From Eledone cirrhosa (taxonomy: Eukaryota), in assembly GCA_964016885.1 (NCBI GenBank), contig OZ024742.1, positions 59,272,001 through 59,336,000 on the forward strand: a DNA stretch of 64,000 nt, read 5' to 3'. The translations under genes and the position numbers were made by a program. The notes under the pieces were generated by a model. It worked only from the letters and a program-made list of their open reading frames with translations, did no database searches and was not told the DNA's origin. Below, in pieces: positions 1 through 12,727 of this stretch (positions are counted from its first letter, which is position 1; each line of letters starts with the position of its first letter).

Positions 1-870
1 CTGTGTCGTACAGCACGAAGAAAGGTTTCTGTCATAAGTTTGAAATATGGACATTTCCTATATTTATTTCTTAATTTTCTAAACTTGTATTCGATTCTTG
101 CATTTAAAGTATATGATTAAACGCTTGGTTAGCCATCGCAATATTAACAACTTGCATTAGAATGCTAAATACTTACTTCTTTGCCGGTTCCTGCAAAGTT
201 AACTAATGTCGGATTTTCAGATGGGAAACGGAATGGCGTTGTCAGTGAAAATGTCAGTTAAATGGAGTTCTGTGACAGCAGGATATCAAGGAAAAATATC
301 ATTTGGTGACAGAGGAAATGTAGAATGAGTTATCATGCAGATCATATGTTACATATTTGACATGTATTGATCGGAAACTCAAGCTTTCAGAATATATAAA
401 AAAAGTTGATTTGTTTATATTGAAAAAAAAAAAAAAAAAAGCAATGCAAAAAGGACCAACGGACAAACTTTATATACCTGACACAGTCTTGGCAGATAGA
501 TACACTTTATTGTGGTCTTGAACTGCAGCATTCCCATGTTTTTATTCAATGTTGTTATTCCTTAGTCTCAAGTCGGCCAGAGATAGTACAGATCTATGAG
601 CATTTCCGCCCTTACTATCTCATATTTTCTTTTCTTTTGGAATAACATACCATGAATTGTTTTATTATATTTAAAACCTTTCAAACTGAACGACCACATA
701 TCATTCGTCAGTTTAAGCTAATAACCCAGTGGAGAAATATATGTTCTAATTTGTCATCGTGGCACTGTAAATTACCCCTTATAGTTTGTTCAGCTATGGC
801 AAGCTGTGGCGATTGTCTGGGAGTGTAATTTGGTAGACGGGAACTGCAGAATCTCATCACATATACATAC

Positions 871-877
<7 letters not shown>

Positions 878-929
<52 letters not shown>
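878..929. repeat. (TAA)n microsatellite
   Basis: Pure AAT run, seen directly. Confidence 0.95.
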
Positions 930-930
<1 letters not shown>

Positions 931-2025
931 GGGAAGATACGCACATGGTGGATAGGGTATTATGGAATCGCCCCCGTATGTTTTTGATTTTTTACATATT
1001 TAAAACAATTGTGATACAATAATTCTTATTACAAATGGAACGTAAGATATCAGTCTTGACTCTCAAGAAGTGGCAACGCATCACATTACAGCATAGGGCT
1101 CCAATTTTAATATTTAAATTAATATTTAATTTTGTACCAGAAATCTTATAGTCAGAAAAGAAAATGGCTGGAAAACAACAGCCAAATAACTTCACCACCA
1201 GCACCACCGCCGCCGCCGTAGCCACCATCACCATCACCACTACCACAAAAAGTCTAGCCAAATATAAACCAGCACCATCCCTATAATACTGCTGCCCCAT
1301 CACCACCGTCACCACTGCATCATCGCTACCGCCACTATTCCCTCACTACTTAAGAGAGGGGTGGTGGTGCCGCTACACATGAAAAGAAGCGAGGAAGGTA
1401 TCAAAAGATATAAATAGACTGGGTTAGTGACTCGGTCAAACAGCTAACAACAGCAACAACAACACCAAAATAATTATGTTGTATCTCTAAACTCTCTCAA
1501 AATGTTTAGTTTAAACGATGTCAAATCTAAACTATAATATAATAATAGTAATTGCTTCTGCTTTTGGCACGGGGCCAGCAATTGCCCCGGTGTGTTGCAG
1601 GTGCTTTGTTGTGTCGGCCCCGTAGGGATGAAAGGAAAAAAATTATAGTCGAAAAATTATAGAACAGAACACAGACAGAAGCAAACGCAACAACAAACAC
1701 AAATTTCAAAAGTTTTGAACACAACAACCCCTACTTCCCTTAGCAGCAGCAGCAGCAACAACAACACTAGTAACCGATGTTACTGGCCTTGTAAAACGAA
1801 AAACGCAAAGGAAAAAAAAAAAAAACAAAAAAAGAAAAAAAAACTAAGTCAGACATTCAAACATTACAATGAAACTTATGTTTATTTTTATCTATTTGTT
1901 TGTTTGTTTATTTATGTTCGTCTACAGCGTGATGGTCCCACGCTAAAATCACGGGGGGGGGGGGAGATGAAATCACTAGGAGTTATGTAACCATACATTC
2001 ACCAATCCTCGATATGAGTGCTTAA

Positions 2026-4985
2026 ATGTCGAACCTAAACAGTTCGAATAATGGTGAAGTGGAGGCTAGAATGTCATGTGACAGACTCTCACCCAGCAGG
2101 TGCTCCCTGGCCCAGCAGCAGGGACCTGGCTGTCATCCAAATACTGCTGGTGTTGGGGGGAGAAGAAGAAGGAAAGTGACCAGAACCAACTGGACGAAAG
2201 AATTGAATAGAACTGTCATGGAATGTTACCCGAAGAGTAACCCCAAGGATAAAGGCTATAGGAAACGGATGCATAACATCTGGAACGAGATTGGTCTATT
2301 TAAATTAGATGAACAAAAATTGGCCGGGCAGGCTCGGGTAATAAGAACTAATGGGTGGATAAGCGAGCTGGAACTGGAGGAACTGAGCAGAGAGATTAGG
2401 CTGGAAATGGAGCCAGTGGGAAATGAAGGTGAAGAGGTTGAGAGAACGGAGGAACCACCCGAAGCAGACAATGATCTGAATGCTGAAATAAATAATTGTT
2501 TCTACTTTTGGCACAAGGCCAGTAAATAATACCTTGAACAAAGATACGGCCATTGAGGAAATGAATGCTGACGGGCTTGACAAGATTTGGTTGATATCCT
2601 AAACTTAGTGGTAGATGAAATGAACAATGATAGTGGGAAACCTATGAACCTAAGATGTGTAGACAGGAAAAAGTTAAAAGAAACAACAGCTAAGGTAAAC
2701 TAAGTCATCCCATACCTTGAGGCGAGGAGCCTTCACCAGTGCAAAAATATCCTCAAAGCAACAGCAAATGCGGTGAGGAAATTACTTAGCATAAAAGCGA
2801 GAGGAAACAACAAACAAGAAAGATCAGAACCTTGGTGGAAGAAACGACTGAATGGTCAAATCAGGGAAATGAGAAATGACATTGGAAAGCTTAAGTCCCT
2901 ACTGAATGGGACACTAAAAAACATAGACACTAAAAATAGACTGGAAATAAAGTACAAAACTAGGAGGAAAAAGCTAAATATTATCATAGAGGAACTGAAG
3001 CAACGCATTGTAGCAAAGAGTGCAAAAATCAGGCGATACGAGAACAGAGTCAGTCAGTATAAACAGAACCGCATGTTTGACAACAACCAGAATATGTTGT
3101 TTGGACAGCTTGAAGAGAAAGAAAGAGGCAGCGACTTGATCCCTTAGGCGGAACAGACTAAGACATTCTGGAGAGGAATATGGGAGCAGGATGTTAAACA
3201 TAATGATCAGGCAGTGTGGATTGAGACAGTACAAAAGGAGATTAGTGAACAGGCACACCAACAAACTGATTTGAGTATCACAGTTGAAACTCATAAGGGG
3301 CAGGCCAAAAAACTAACCAACTGGAAATCACCAGGCCCAGATGGTGTGCAGGGATATTGGATTAAAAATATAACATCCCTCCACCCGAAACTGACAACCA
3401 TGTTCAATGACTGCTTGATGTCAGGTGAGGTACCAGAGTGGTTGACAAAAGGTACCACAGTTCTGGTAATGAAAGACCGAATCAAGGGTTATGATGTTAC
3501 CAGCTATAGACCTAACACATGTCTATCCGTAACGTGGAAACTGTTAACAAGCATTGTGTCTGAGGAAATCTACCATCACCTCCACATAAACAACTTGTTA
3601 CCGGACGATGAAGAGGGGTAAATTGAGCAGAAGCAACGGAATCCGGGTACCAACAGCTGAGATGATAAAGGAAATTGACACTGAAGAAGAATACAACTAT
3701 TTAGGTGTTCTGGAGGCTGATAACATCAAGAACAAAAAAATAAAGGAATTGATAAGATCTGAATACATTCGGAGAGTAAGGAGCGTATTAAAATCACATC
3801 TGAAATGCAGGAATGCCATAAGTGCAGTAAATTGCCGAGCTGTGTCTATTATTAGGTACAGTGCGGGAATTCTGAGATGGAATGTTGCTGAACAAAAAGA
3901 AATGGATAGGAAGACTAGGAAGCTATTGACTATCTACAACATGTTCCACAAGAGGAGTGATGTCGATAGACTCTACTTAAGGAGATCTGAAGGTGGAAGA
4001 GGTCTTATCAGCATAGAGGACTGTGTTCAGATGGAGAAAAACAACCTACACAAATACGTGACTGGTAGTAGGGAGCCAATGCTCAGAATTGTACTGAAGG
4101 AGAGGACAATAGACAAGGGGATGTCCAAGGAGGAAATAACAAGAAGGAGAAAGGACAACCTTCATGAAAAATCCATTCTTTGAGAAAACTGAATTCAGAG
4201 ATCCACAGACATGGAACTGGTTGAAAAGAGGAGACCTTAAAAAGGCTATAGAAGGAATGCTAATGACTGCGCAAGAGCAGGCCCTCAAAACGAAGTGGCT
4301 GAAACACCATATTTACAAGGAGGAGGCTATCCCACTGTGTAGGATCTGTGGAGAGAGAGAGGAGACTGTGGCTCACATTGTATCCGAGTGTAAACACCTA
4401 GCCCAGACTCACTATAAAGGCTGGAGACATGATGCGATGGGAAGGTGATCCACTGGCACCCATGCAAAGTAAACAATTTACCACATTCTGAGAAGTGGTA
4501 TGCGCATAAGCCAGAGTCGGTGATAGAAAACGATCAGGTGAAGGTGCTGTGGGATTTTAGGATACAGACGGACAAGAAACTGGAACACAATAGACCTGAT
4601 CTGGTGGTTTTGGACAAGGAAAAAAGACCGTGCCTGATTGTGGATGTAGCCTGCCCATTCGACACAAGAGTGCAAGAGAAGAAAGGGAGAAAATTAACCG
4701 ATACCAGGACTTAAAGTGGGAGGTAAAAAGGATTTGGAACTGCCATGAAGTCAAAGTGGTCCCGATTGTCATAGGCGCACTAGCTACTATCTCAAAGAGT
4801 TTCCAAGGATGGTTAAAGAAAATTGGTCCCGCCCCGCCTTTTGGAACACTTCAAAAGGCATGCTTGCTGGGAACAGCAAGAACCCTCCGATACGTCCTGA
4901 ATATCTGAGGCTGCAGGTAGTGGCTTGATATTCATTTCAACAAACTTTCCAGTTAAATAACATCAATGACTGAGACTCAAAGAAC
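2026..4985 (+). mobile_element. Decayed R4/Dong-clade non-LTR retrotransposon (single ORF, RT plus CCHC plus REL endonuclease)
   Basis: Collinear ORF fragments: N-terminal WTKELN..MECY..GYRKRM; RT NWKSPGPDG and YRPNTCL; thumb YNYLG and DVDRLYL..GGRGL; CRICG..ETVAHIVSEC; REL RPDLVV..IVDVACP; ends GTARTLRYVL, then a (TAA)n tail. Stops, frameshifts and an RT-core deletion near 3610. The 5' boundary is uncertain. Confidence 0.88.
2490..2524 (-). mobile_element. 3' tail fragment of SINE family A inserted in the Dong-like LINE
   Basis: aataattgtttctacttttggcacaaggccag is the reverse complement of the family A tail seen in full copies. Confidence 0.8.
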
Positions 4986-5127
4986 AATAATAATAATCAT
5001 AATAATGATTTTCTATTGGCCACAAGGGCTGACATCAAGAAAAACATTACAGACGGCACAGGACGGTACAGGACGGTACGATGTGGGTTTTGTGCGTGTA
5101 AAGATTTTTATTATTTATATAAGAAAC

Positions 5128-5316
5128 GGGCGGTGGATTGGCAGTATCGGTAGAGAGTCGGACGCCAAGCTTTCCAGCATAGTTACATCCCTTTACGGTC
5201 TGAGTTCAAATCCCGCCGAGGTTCACTTTGCCTTTCATCCTTACGGGGTCGATAAAATAAAGTACCAGTAATGCACTGGGTAATTGCTGGCCTTGTGCCA
5301 AAAATAGAACCAATTA
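5128..5316 (+). mobile_element. tRNA-derived SINE family A, full length, nested in the Tx1 3' UTR
   Basis: A-box-like tggcagtatcgg, B box gagttcaaatccc, core gcctttcatccttacggggtcgataaaataaagtacc. About 19-bp TSD at 5110-5128 and 5313-5331 with one mismatch. Confidence 0.9.
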
Positions 5317-5539
5317 TTTATATAATAAACGAAAAAAAGAAAAAAGACATAGAAACATATATATATATAAACAATAAAAATGAAAATTCAAACAATGAAA
5401 AATTCCCCAATACGGGGGAAACTTCCGAGGGTTACTCGTGACGAAAACCACACAAAAGACCACGGCCACCCTGACCACCGTGGCAAGCTCTCTCTCTCTC
5501 AATTTTTTCCATTCCTCAAACTGCAAGTGTATATTCAGA

Positions 5540-8500
5540 GAGGTCCCGTTCACTCGGACCATTCTCGCAACATCCACCCACATTTCAACAAACTTGCTAG
5601 AAGACAGCACTTGCCTCTCCACCCTGATTTTCCTCTTCAAGTGAAACTTGAAAAAGTTAATCAGGGATTCGCCGAAGAGGAAAGTGTCTGTCTTTAACCC
5701 TTTCTACCTTGTCCACCACACAATCTCTTTCGCCATGGCCACCAGGCAGATGAAAACTGCCTGCCCTTCCTCCTCGAAGGAAGACGGCGAGACCATCTGC
5801 ACAATGGACTCAGTCGATAACGGGATCGGTTCTACACGCGACAGAAACTGTTCGACATAGTCCCACAAGTCAGCAATGCTCGGGCACTGAACGAGTGCGT
5901 GCACGACAGTTTCGTCGTTCTGCGCGCATCTCGGACAGGCTCGGCTGACGGCACTTCCGTGCCTGTAGAGCTTATGTCGAACCGGCAAAGCTCTCCGGTA
6001 GCACTGCCAGGCCAGGGATGTTATCAATAGGCTCTGGGCTGAAAGTTCTCTGGAAGAGAGCAAACAGCTGATTATCTTCGACGCCCAGAATCTCTCCGAG
6101 AACGTCGCCGCTCTTCCCCTCCACTATAGAACGCCGAGGTGGATGTTCCACCGATACTGGTGCCCAGCTGGAAAAGGGCAGTGAGCGCCTGGAGACATTA
6201 CAGTTTCCAAGCGCTATCCCTCGGTCTTTTCCTGACCCAGGACTGCAGTTCCGTCAAGGAAACGAGCTGTGGGAAAACGTGCCTGGCGAACGGCGACCAC
6301 ACCTGTTCACCGTCAAGGGAGCACCAGAGATGTCGCAGCCTCAGCGCATGTTTGCGCATCATCAGCCATGGCATGCCCAGTCCTCCACGCAACGGGTGTT
6401 GTAAGCAGATGGTTCGTCTGACCATGGGAGCGCGTCCCTTCCACAAAAAGCGGAAGAGAAGGCGCTACATTTTGGTGAGAGTTGGGCCGGGGCAACGGAC
6501 GACGGTGAGGCGGTAGCAGATGACAGATGCGATGTACGCATTCGCCACCTCCACCCGGCCTTTAAGGGACAGCTTCCTCTCGGCCCATTTCTGGGTGAGG
6601 GAGACCACCCTGCTCGTCACCTCGTTCCAGTTTTTCTCCATCTAGAGGTCTGGTCCGAACCAGACCCCAAGCAATTTAACCGTTCCGTCAGTCTAACGCC
6701 CAACGACGCTGTCGGACGGCATGGTCTTGCCTCTCCAGGTGCCGAGCTGCAATCCCACCGACTTCTGGTTTATCTTTGCTCCATGAGAGCAGTGCCGAGC
6801 ATCTGGACGTGTCTGGTGCTCGACACCAGTATGGTGACGTCGTCGGCGTAAGCCGACTCGGATCTCCCGCATTCCAGTTCACGTGAGACCCCCCTCATCG
6901 TCTCAAATTTGTGTAGTAACGGCTCTAGGGCCAGTACGTACAAGAGGGACGAGCAGGGGCAACCTTGGCGGACCGAGCGTATGATGCTGAAAGGCTGCGA
7001 CAGGTGACCATTCACCCTGACAATGGAGCAGATGTCGCTGTGCATGGCAGCGATCCAGCCTCTAAAAACTGGCCCGAAGCCGGCCGCCTCGAGGACTGCA
7101 GCCAAGGACCAATGGTCGATCCTATCAAATGATTTAGATTGATCCAAGTTGTTCAGGTCCCCACCAGTACCACGTTCCTTAACCACCCTCTCTATGATGT
7201 ATCGCATGAGATGGAGGTTGTCGTTGATGGATCTGTCCGGGATGGCGCATATCTGCGCCTCTCCCACCAGATCACCGACGACAAGCGCCAATCTCTTGGC
7301 TAACACCTTGGCCAAAATCTTAAACTGTGCGTTTAGCAGAGTTATGGGCCTGAAGTTGTCTATAACGTCCCCCTTGTTCGGGTCTTTTCTCAGCAGCGCC
7401 ACCGCTCTCCGGCTCACAAAACTGGGAATGCTCCCGTCCTGCGGCCAGTTGCAGTAGACATCTGCCAAGAGGTCGCCGAACAAGTCTGGCATATACACAT
7501 AAAGCTCGAAGGGCAGACCATCCAAACCTGGCAATTTTTCTCTGGTGCAGTCAGACACCGCGCCCCGTATTTCACCTGCTGTTATCGGCTTTTTGCAGCA
7601 CTGCGCTGCGGTTGTCGAGAGCCCGCGGCAGTCCGTCTAGCTATGTACCGAAGTCCATACTCCGACCCGGCCCGCCGCCGCTCCCGAAGAATTGAGCAAA
7701 GTGCTGTTGAAAAGCCACACACATCTGCTCGGGTTCGAGCAACATGCACCCGTTTTGATCAGGCAAAGCCGAATTGTGGACTTGTTGCCACGTCGCGCCT
7801 CCACCACCCGGGCCCATTGAACGGCCATTGTCCCCTCGTGTCTTAGAGCACGTGCTCTAGCTCTGACAACGCAGCCTTCATGATTTCCGTTGAAGAATTG
7901 GTCGAGTGCCAATCTCGCCGCAAACACGTCCGTTGCGATGCTTGTCCTAAACGCCTCTTCTAGCTTTCTAACTAACTATCCCTCTACTCCATGTTCCTCT
8001 ATCACTACTCTTTTGCTAAACTTTATCGATTCAACTCTAATAGCCCTTATCAGGGTAAACCACTACCTATTGTTGACGATCGCACCCGTCAACGCACACT
8101 TAACTAATTCGCTAATCCGGTCTCTGTAAGCTTTGCGTGCCGGGAACGACGCGTTCAGCTTCCAGTAGTCGGGCACTTGCCTATGGAGTCTATCTAAGTC
8201 AACTTCACAGATCACAAATTTGTGGTCCGTGTAGTCGACTACTTTAAATTGTGGACAACCTACACTAGCCTTATCTGTTTCCCTACAGAATACCCTATCT
8301 AAATACGATCTGGATGACCCGATGCGGTTTGCCCATGTCCACATTAGCACATTCGGATAATCCAGTCTATACCTGTCAGACAGTTCAAAACGTCTGAGCA
8401 GGTTGTTGAGGCTTTTACACCCTCTTGCCCTGTCTACTCGCCCCACATAATCCCATCGTGCATCTAAGATACCGTTCCAGTCGCCCACTAACACTAAAGA

Positions 8501-8900
8501 GCGGGACGTTCCAAGAAAGGTCTCTAGACGTCTGAAGAAATCTGGCCGTCCTGCCCCTGTTTGGACGTAGTCGGCTACTAGCCTGAAAGCATTGCCTTCG
8601 CTGCCGGTCACGTCCAGCACCACCGACTTACCTTCTGGGTCCAGGAAGATGGCCCGTATGGCGAGATCCAAGCCTCTCCGAAAAAGCACGACACTCCTCC
8701 CCCGGTCCTGGGCGGCTGGCAGATGCGTATACATCGTAGCCGCCGAAGATCGGTGCGAAGGAACGTGCTTCGGAGATTCTGGTCTCGCTGATGGCCACCA
8801 TATCTATGTTTAGTGACCTGAGGTCGTTGAGCAGGTGACCCTGCTTCCAAGATGACCCTAGGCTACGTACATTTATACTGCCTATTCTAAGTACGGCCAT
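5540..8900 (-). pseudogene. Tx1-like ORF2 (APE endonuclease, RT, C-terminal Zn finger), frameshifted
   Basis: APE: IGSINVRSL, AISETR, LVGDWN, SYLDRVF, TDHKFV. RT: PGLDGLP, NFRPITLLN, DQSKSFDRIDH, VRQGCP, AYADDV. C-terminus: CPRC..ETVVHALVQC. Confidence 0.9.
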
Positions 8901-8929
8901 GTTGGATGAGAAACGGGGTAAGTGAGAAA

Positions 8930-10793
8930 GGATCGCTTACCTTGATCGTGTGGTGAAGGGACAGTAGAACCATCCCTTTTGCTGGTCATAGGTGTTTCCA
9001 AGAGGATGTCGGTGTATATCCTCTTGATAACCGATCCTCTGAAGTCTCCAACTGCGTTGGGGAATTTTTGTTTTAAAAGCTTGTAATGTTCTATTTTGAT
9101 TTCAATGATGCTTATGTTTGTCGGGAGAGTTCTTGGTGTTGGTGGGATGTAGTACTTTTTTCTGTGATGTCTGTGTGCTGCTTTATATGTTGAAAGAGTT
9201 CTTTATTTGCCATGTTTATGGCTGTGTACTTATTGGGAGGAGGGGCGATTTCGTTGCTGTTTTCTTGTTGCTGTTGGGTGTGTGTGTTTTGTTGTGTTTG
9301 CGATGCTAGTGTTTTTGGTGATGCTGGTGGTGGTGTGGTTGTTGTTGGTGGTGATGGTGATGGTGTTGCTGCAAATCTCCTTGCAGCCTTTACCCCTCTT
9401 TGTTTGCCTTCGCTTTTGGAGGGGTGAAGCTAAGGGTTTTTTTGTTTTTTGTTTTTCGTGGCAGACCGTTTGCCACTTCCCTCCCACCTCATACTCCATG
9501 TCGGATTCCGTAGCGTCTGGGAAGGGTATGAGCTCCACTGCCGGTGGTGGTGGTAGTGGAGCCCGCTCCGGCGATTTTGCCCCCGGTGTAGCTACTGCAA
9601 CTGTTGGTGTTGCCGCCACTGCTGCCGCTGCTTTAGTGTCCGTGGCCTTGCTATGGGTGCCACGGACGTTGCCCTCCTACTCACCATGGAAGGGTCTTCT
9701 GCCTCTGTTGCCTGCCCTGCTCTTGGTAGCAGCGGATCAGGCGTCGGAAGGAGGGGGCCCCTCTTCTTGGCTGTCTTCTGCGGGCAGGTGACCCTTCTGC
9801 CCACAGAGATAGCACTTTGGGCGCCTTCCTTCCACGCTTATAGGGAGTTAGAGTCCTTCCTTGAGGTCTATGAAGTCAGGGATGGCCTCGATGCACTCCT
9901 GGTCAGTCTGTATTAGCATTTGCATGACCAGTTCTCTCTTCCCATTATCTGTATTTGCAGTATGGTGGTCTTCTCCTAGATTCCAGCAAGTACAGACGCG
10001 GCCAACCAAGGTATGGGCACGTCAGGCGGGACCTGTGTCACTTTGACCCTCACAATTTTCTGCCCGCAGTAGGAGGGCTCGAAGACTATCTCCTCACTCT
10101 TTAGGGTTTCCAAAGAGTGTGACTTCGCCTCTTGGGGGATGGCGAAAAGTACGTCTACTGCGGCGTACTGTGAGTTTTGCGCGCCCAGATGCACCCCAAG
10201 GCCTTTTGGGATTTGAGCTTCCGTGGCTCTCTCCACCTGATGTGACATTTTGCTTTCGGTGCGGTAAGTCACCGTGCGCAGGTGCTGGTCTTTGAAGAAA
10301 TCGGGTGAAGGTTTCAGGGAAACTCTATTGTCATTTCTTGTCACCATGGCTCTTGCGACTGCCATCTCCTCCTCCGTGACTAGCACTATCTCTATATTTC
10401 GGGCCCACCTGCGAAAGAAGTGGCCCCTTTTTCAGCGGCACCATTATTGCTGCCGCTACTGCTGCTACTGGTCTTGTTGCTGTTGCTGTTGCTACTGCTA
10501 CAAACGGTGTTGTTGCTGTTATCACTATTGTAGTTAGTTATTTTTTTGGTGCCACCGTTGTTGTTGTTTTCGGTGCAATTTGTATTGTTGCTGTTGGTGT
10601 TGTCATTGTTTATTTTCTTGTTAGTGGCGTTAATATCGTTGTTGTATTTGTTGTCATTTTTTTCTGTTGTCTGTATTTTGGTTGACGCTGTTATTGTTGT
10701 AGTTGGTGTGGTAATTTTTTCAAAATTAGTGTTCTCAGTGTTTTCTTTGTTCATGTTGTTTGTGGTGGTGTCTGTTGTATAAATTTCTCTCAA
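8930..10793 (-). pseudogene. Tx1-like ORF1 (gag-like), fragmented
   Basis: Upstream of ORF2. Asn/Thr-rich N-terminus, VRVKVTQVPPDV segment, and a Zn-knuckle remnant EGRRPKCYLCGQKGHL near 9780-9830. Confidence 0.7.
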
Positions 10794-11414
10794 TTTTTAC
10801 GCCGTTGCCACACGACAGCAGTCATATTGCTGGGGGGCGTGGCTCAGCCATGTTTTTTTTTAATTTTTAAAAGTAAAATGTTCAAATAGTTGGGCCAAAA
10901 GGCCCAAATATTATACTTTCCCCTTCACAGGGCAAAGTCCAAGGGCTTATATCCCTGACACAGAAGAAAAATTTAACAACAACTATTTATAACAGATAAA
11001 TAAAGCGACTTACTGGGAGCGAGCAAAAAGACGTCCGAACAGACCAATAATAATGATGATAAAAATATTATTAATTGGAGTATTAAAACTTTAACAGCTG
11101 TTATATACTATTTATAAAAATCACCAAAGAATCAATGCATTTTCAAACTAACATGTTTCAGCCGACCTAAACTTCGTCCCAGGGCCATAGCGTTGCAGTT
11201 TAAAAAAGCTCAAAAATGTTATATCTTAAAATAAAAAAAAAAATCTTTAAAAAAAGTTCTTAAAAAAAATTCATTAAAATTTTTTTTATGGTTTTATAAT
11301 TTTACCTCCAGGAATTGAGTTTAGGTTGGCATTCGCAGAGTTTATTTTTGCAGATCGATATTTCACATAGGTTCTTAACACATACATCAATGACAACAAT
11401 AATAACGCCTTGAC

Positions 11415-11477
<63 letters not shown>

Positions 11478-11487
11478 TATGTATGTA

Positions 11488-11531
<44 letters not shown>

Positions 11532-11542
11532 TGTGTGTGTGT
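11415..11542. repeat. (TA)n-(TG)n compound microsatellite
   Basis: Seen directly. Confidence 0.95.
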
Positions 11543-11552
11543 GGGGGGGGGA

Positions 11553-11862
11553 TGTTTTGAACAATAAAAATAAAACAAAAGGCGAATAAATGTTCTTAAT
11601 TAGTTCATTTTTTACGATCGTTTTAGAGGGCTGAGTAATCATGTAAAATCGATATATTGACAAATAGAATGCAGTTATGCCACCACCTATTACTAGTCTT
11701 GATAATCTAGATATTTATTGAGATTAGTAATAGGTGGTGACATAACCACTTTCTATTTGTCAATATATTGATTTATCATGATTACTCAACCCTCTAAAAC
11801 GATCGTAAAACAATGAACTAATTAAGAACTCAACTTCGCCTTTTATTTTATTGTTCAAAACA
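11553..11862. repeat. Imperfect palindrome with about 150-bp arms
   Basis: Left tgttttgaacaata...cacctattacta is mirrored by tagtaataggtg...tattgttcaaaaca. Centre near 11705-11715. Confidence 0.9.
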
Positions 11863-12122
11863 CACACACACACACAACCACACACACACACACATGACTC
11901 TAGCACGTTTAGAATCTACAATGGAATCTTATGCGATGAAAATCAATAGCTCTCATCACATGATCTCGTTGGAATCATCTTTCCAAGATTGCATGAAGTT
12001 CCAACTATGTTATTGGCCCGACAATAAACGGGTAGGTACCACAAAATATGAGTATACATAAATGTCTGGATAATCTCTCTCTCTCTCTCTCCCTCTCCCT
12101 CTCTATTAATATATACACATAG

Positions 12123-12275
12123 CGAGCTTCTGTACTAACCGTCTATTAAATTTCTCTATCAAGATATTGGTCAACTTAAGTCTATTGTAGAGGACATGTA
12201 TGTTGCCACGGGAAGTGACTGAACCCCAAAACATGTGGTTTCGAAACTAAGTCCTTAGTCACCAAACAATGCTTG
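12123..12275 (-). mobile_element. Degenerate tRNA-derived SINE, family C
   Basis: gactgaacccc is a B-box complement. Related decayed copies near 50915-51065 and 61525-61670. Confidence 0.5.
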
Positions 12276-12661
12276 CTCTTATATCTTTGCGGTTGTAAAT
12301 AACTTCCGGAGGGTTTTAGTGCAGTCATATTAATATTACACCACGCAAGAGCGACGTTTTGTGTGTATGTATAATCACACACACATACACACATGTATAT
12401 ATATATTAGAGTATTAATAACGTTGGGTGGTTTTCAGTGCAGTTATAGACCAACCATGCTGATGCAATTTACTTCTTGGAAGCCCGCGAATTTTTTTTTC
12501 CAAAAATATTCCCCCTATTTGACTCTTAGAAACTGTATGCTTAGTTTAATTTTACATTAGCTTTGTCTTTGTATTTATTTACACATTGCTGCAGATACAC
12601 ACTCACACTGACACACTATCACTCTCCCTGCCTCTCCTCTCTCTCCACCACTGCCTCTTTC

Positions 12662-12727
<66 letters not shown>

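Larger units (their letters stand above)
5010..11046 (-). mobile_element. Near full-length decayed Tx1/L1-clade LINE (ORF1 plus ORF2)
   Basis: ORF1 and ORF2 remnants listed separately. Candidate TSD ataataatgat at 4999-5009 and 11047-11057. Confidence 0.88.

Noticed and set aside
213-330. Possible terminal exon after ttttcag (GKRNGVVSENVS*) or a 35-aa ORF
   Set aside because: No recognisable domain and no partner exon visible; not distinguishable from chance without transcript data.
1925-2025. HDV-like ribozyme at the 5' end of the Dong-like LINE
   Set aside because: Could not build the nested double pseudoknot by eye.
5128-5215. tRNA gene
   Set aside because: The A and B boxes belong to the SINE head; no complete cloverleaf or Pol III terminator.
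9207-9791. 194-aa hydrophobic ORF on the plus strand
   Set aside because: Antisense of the low-complexity Tx1 ORF1.
11145-11185. Minus-strand GACGA..GAAACATGTT motif
   Set aside because: Core is disrupted and there is no stem I.
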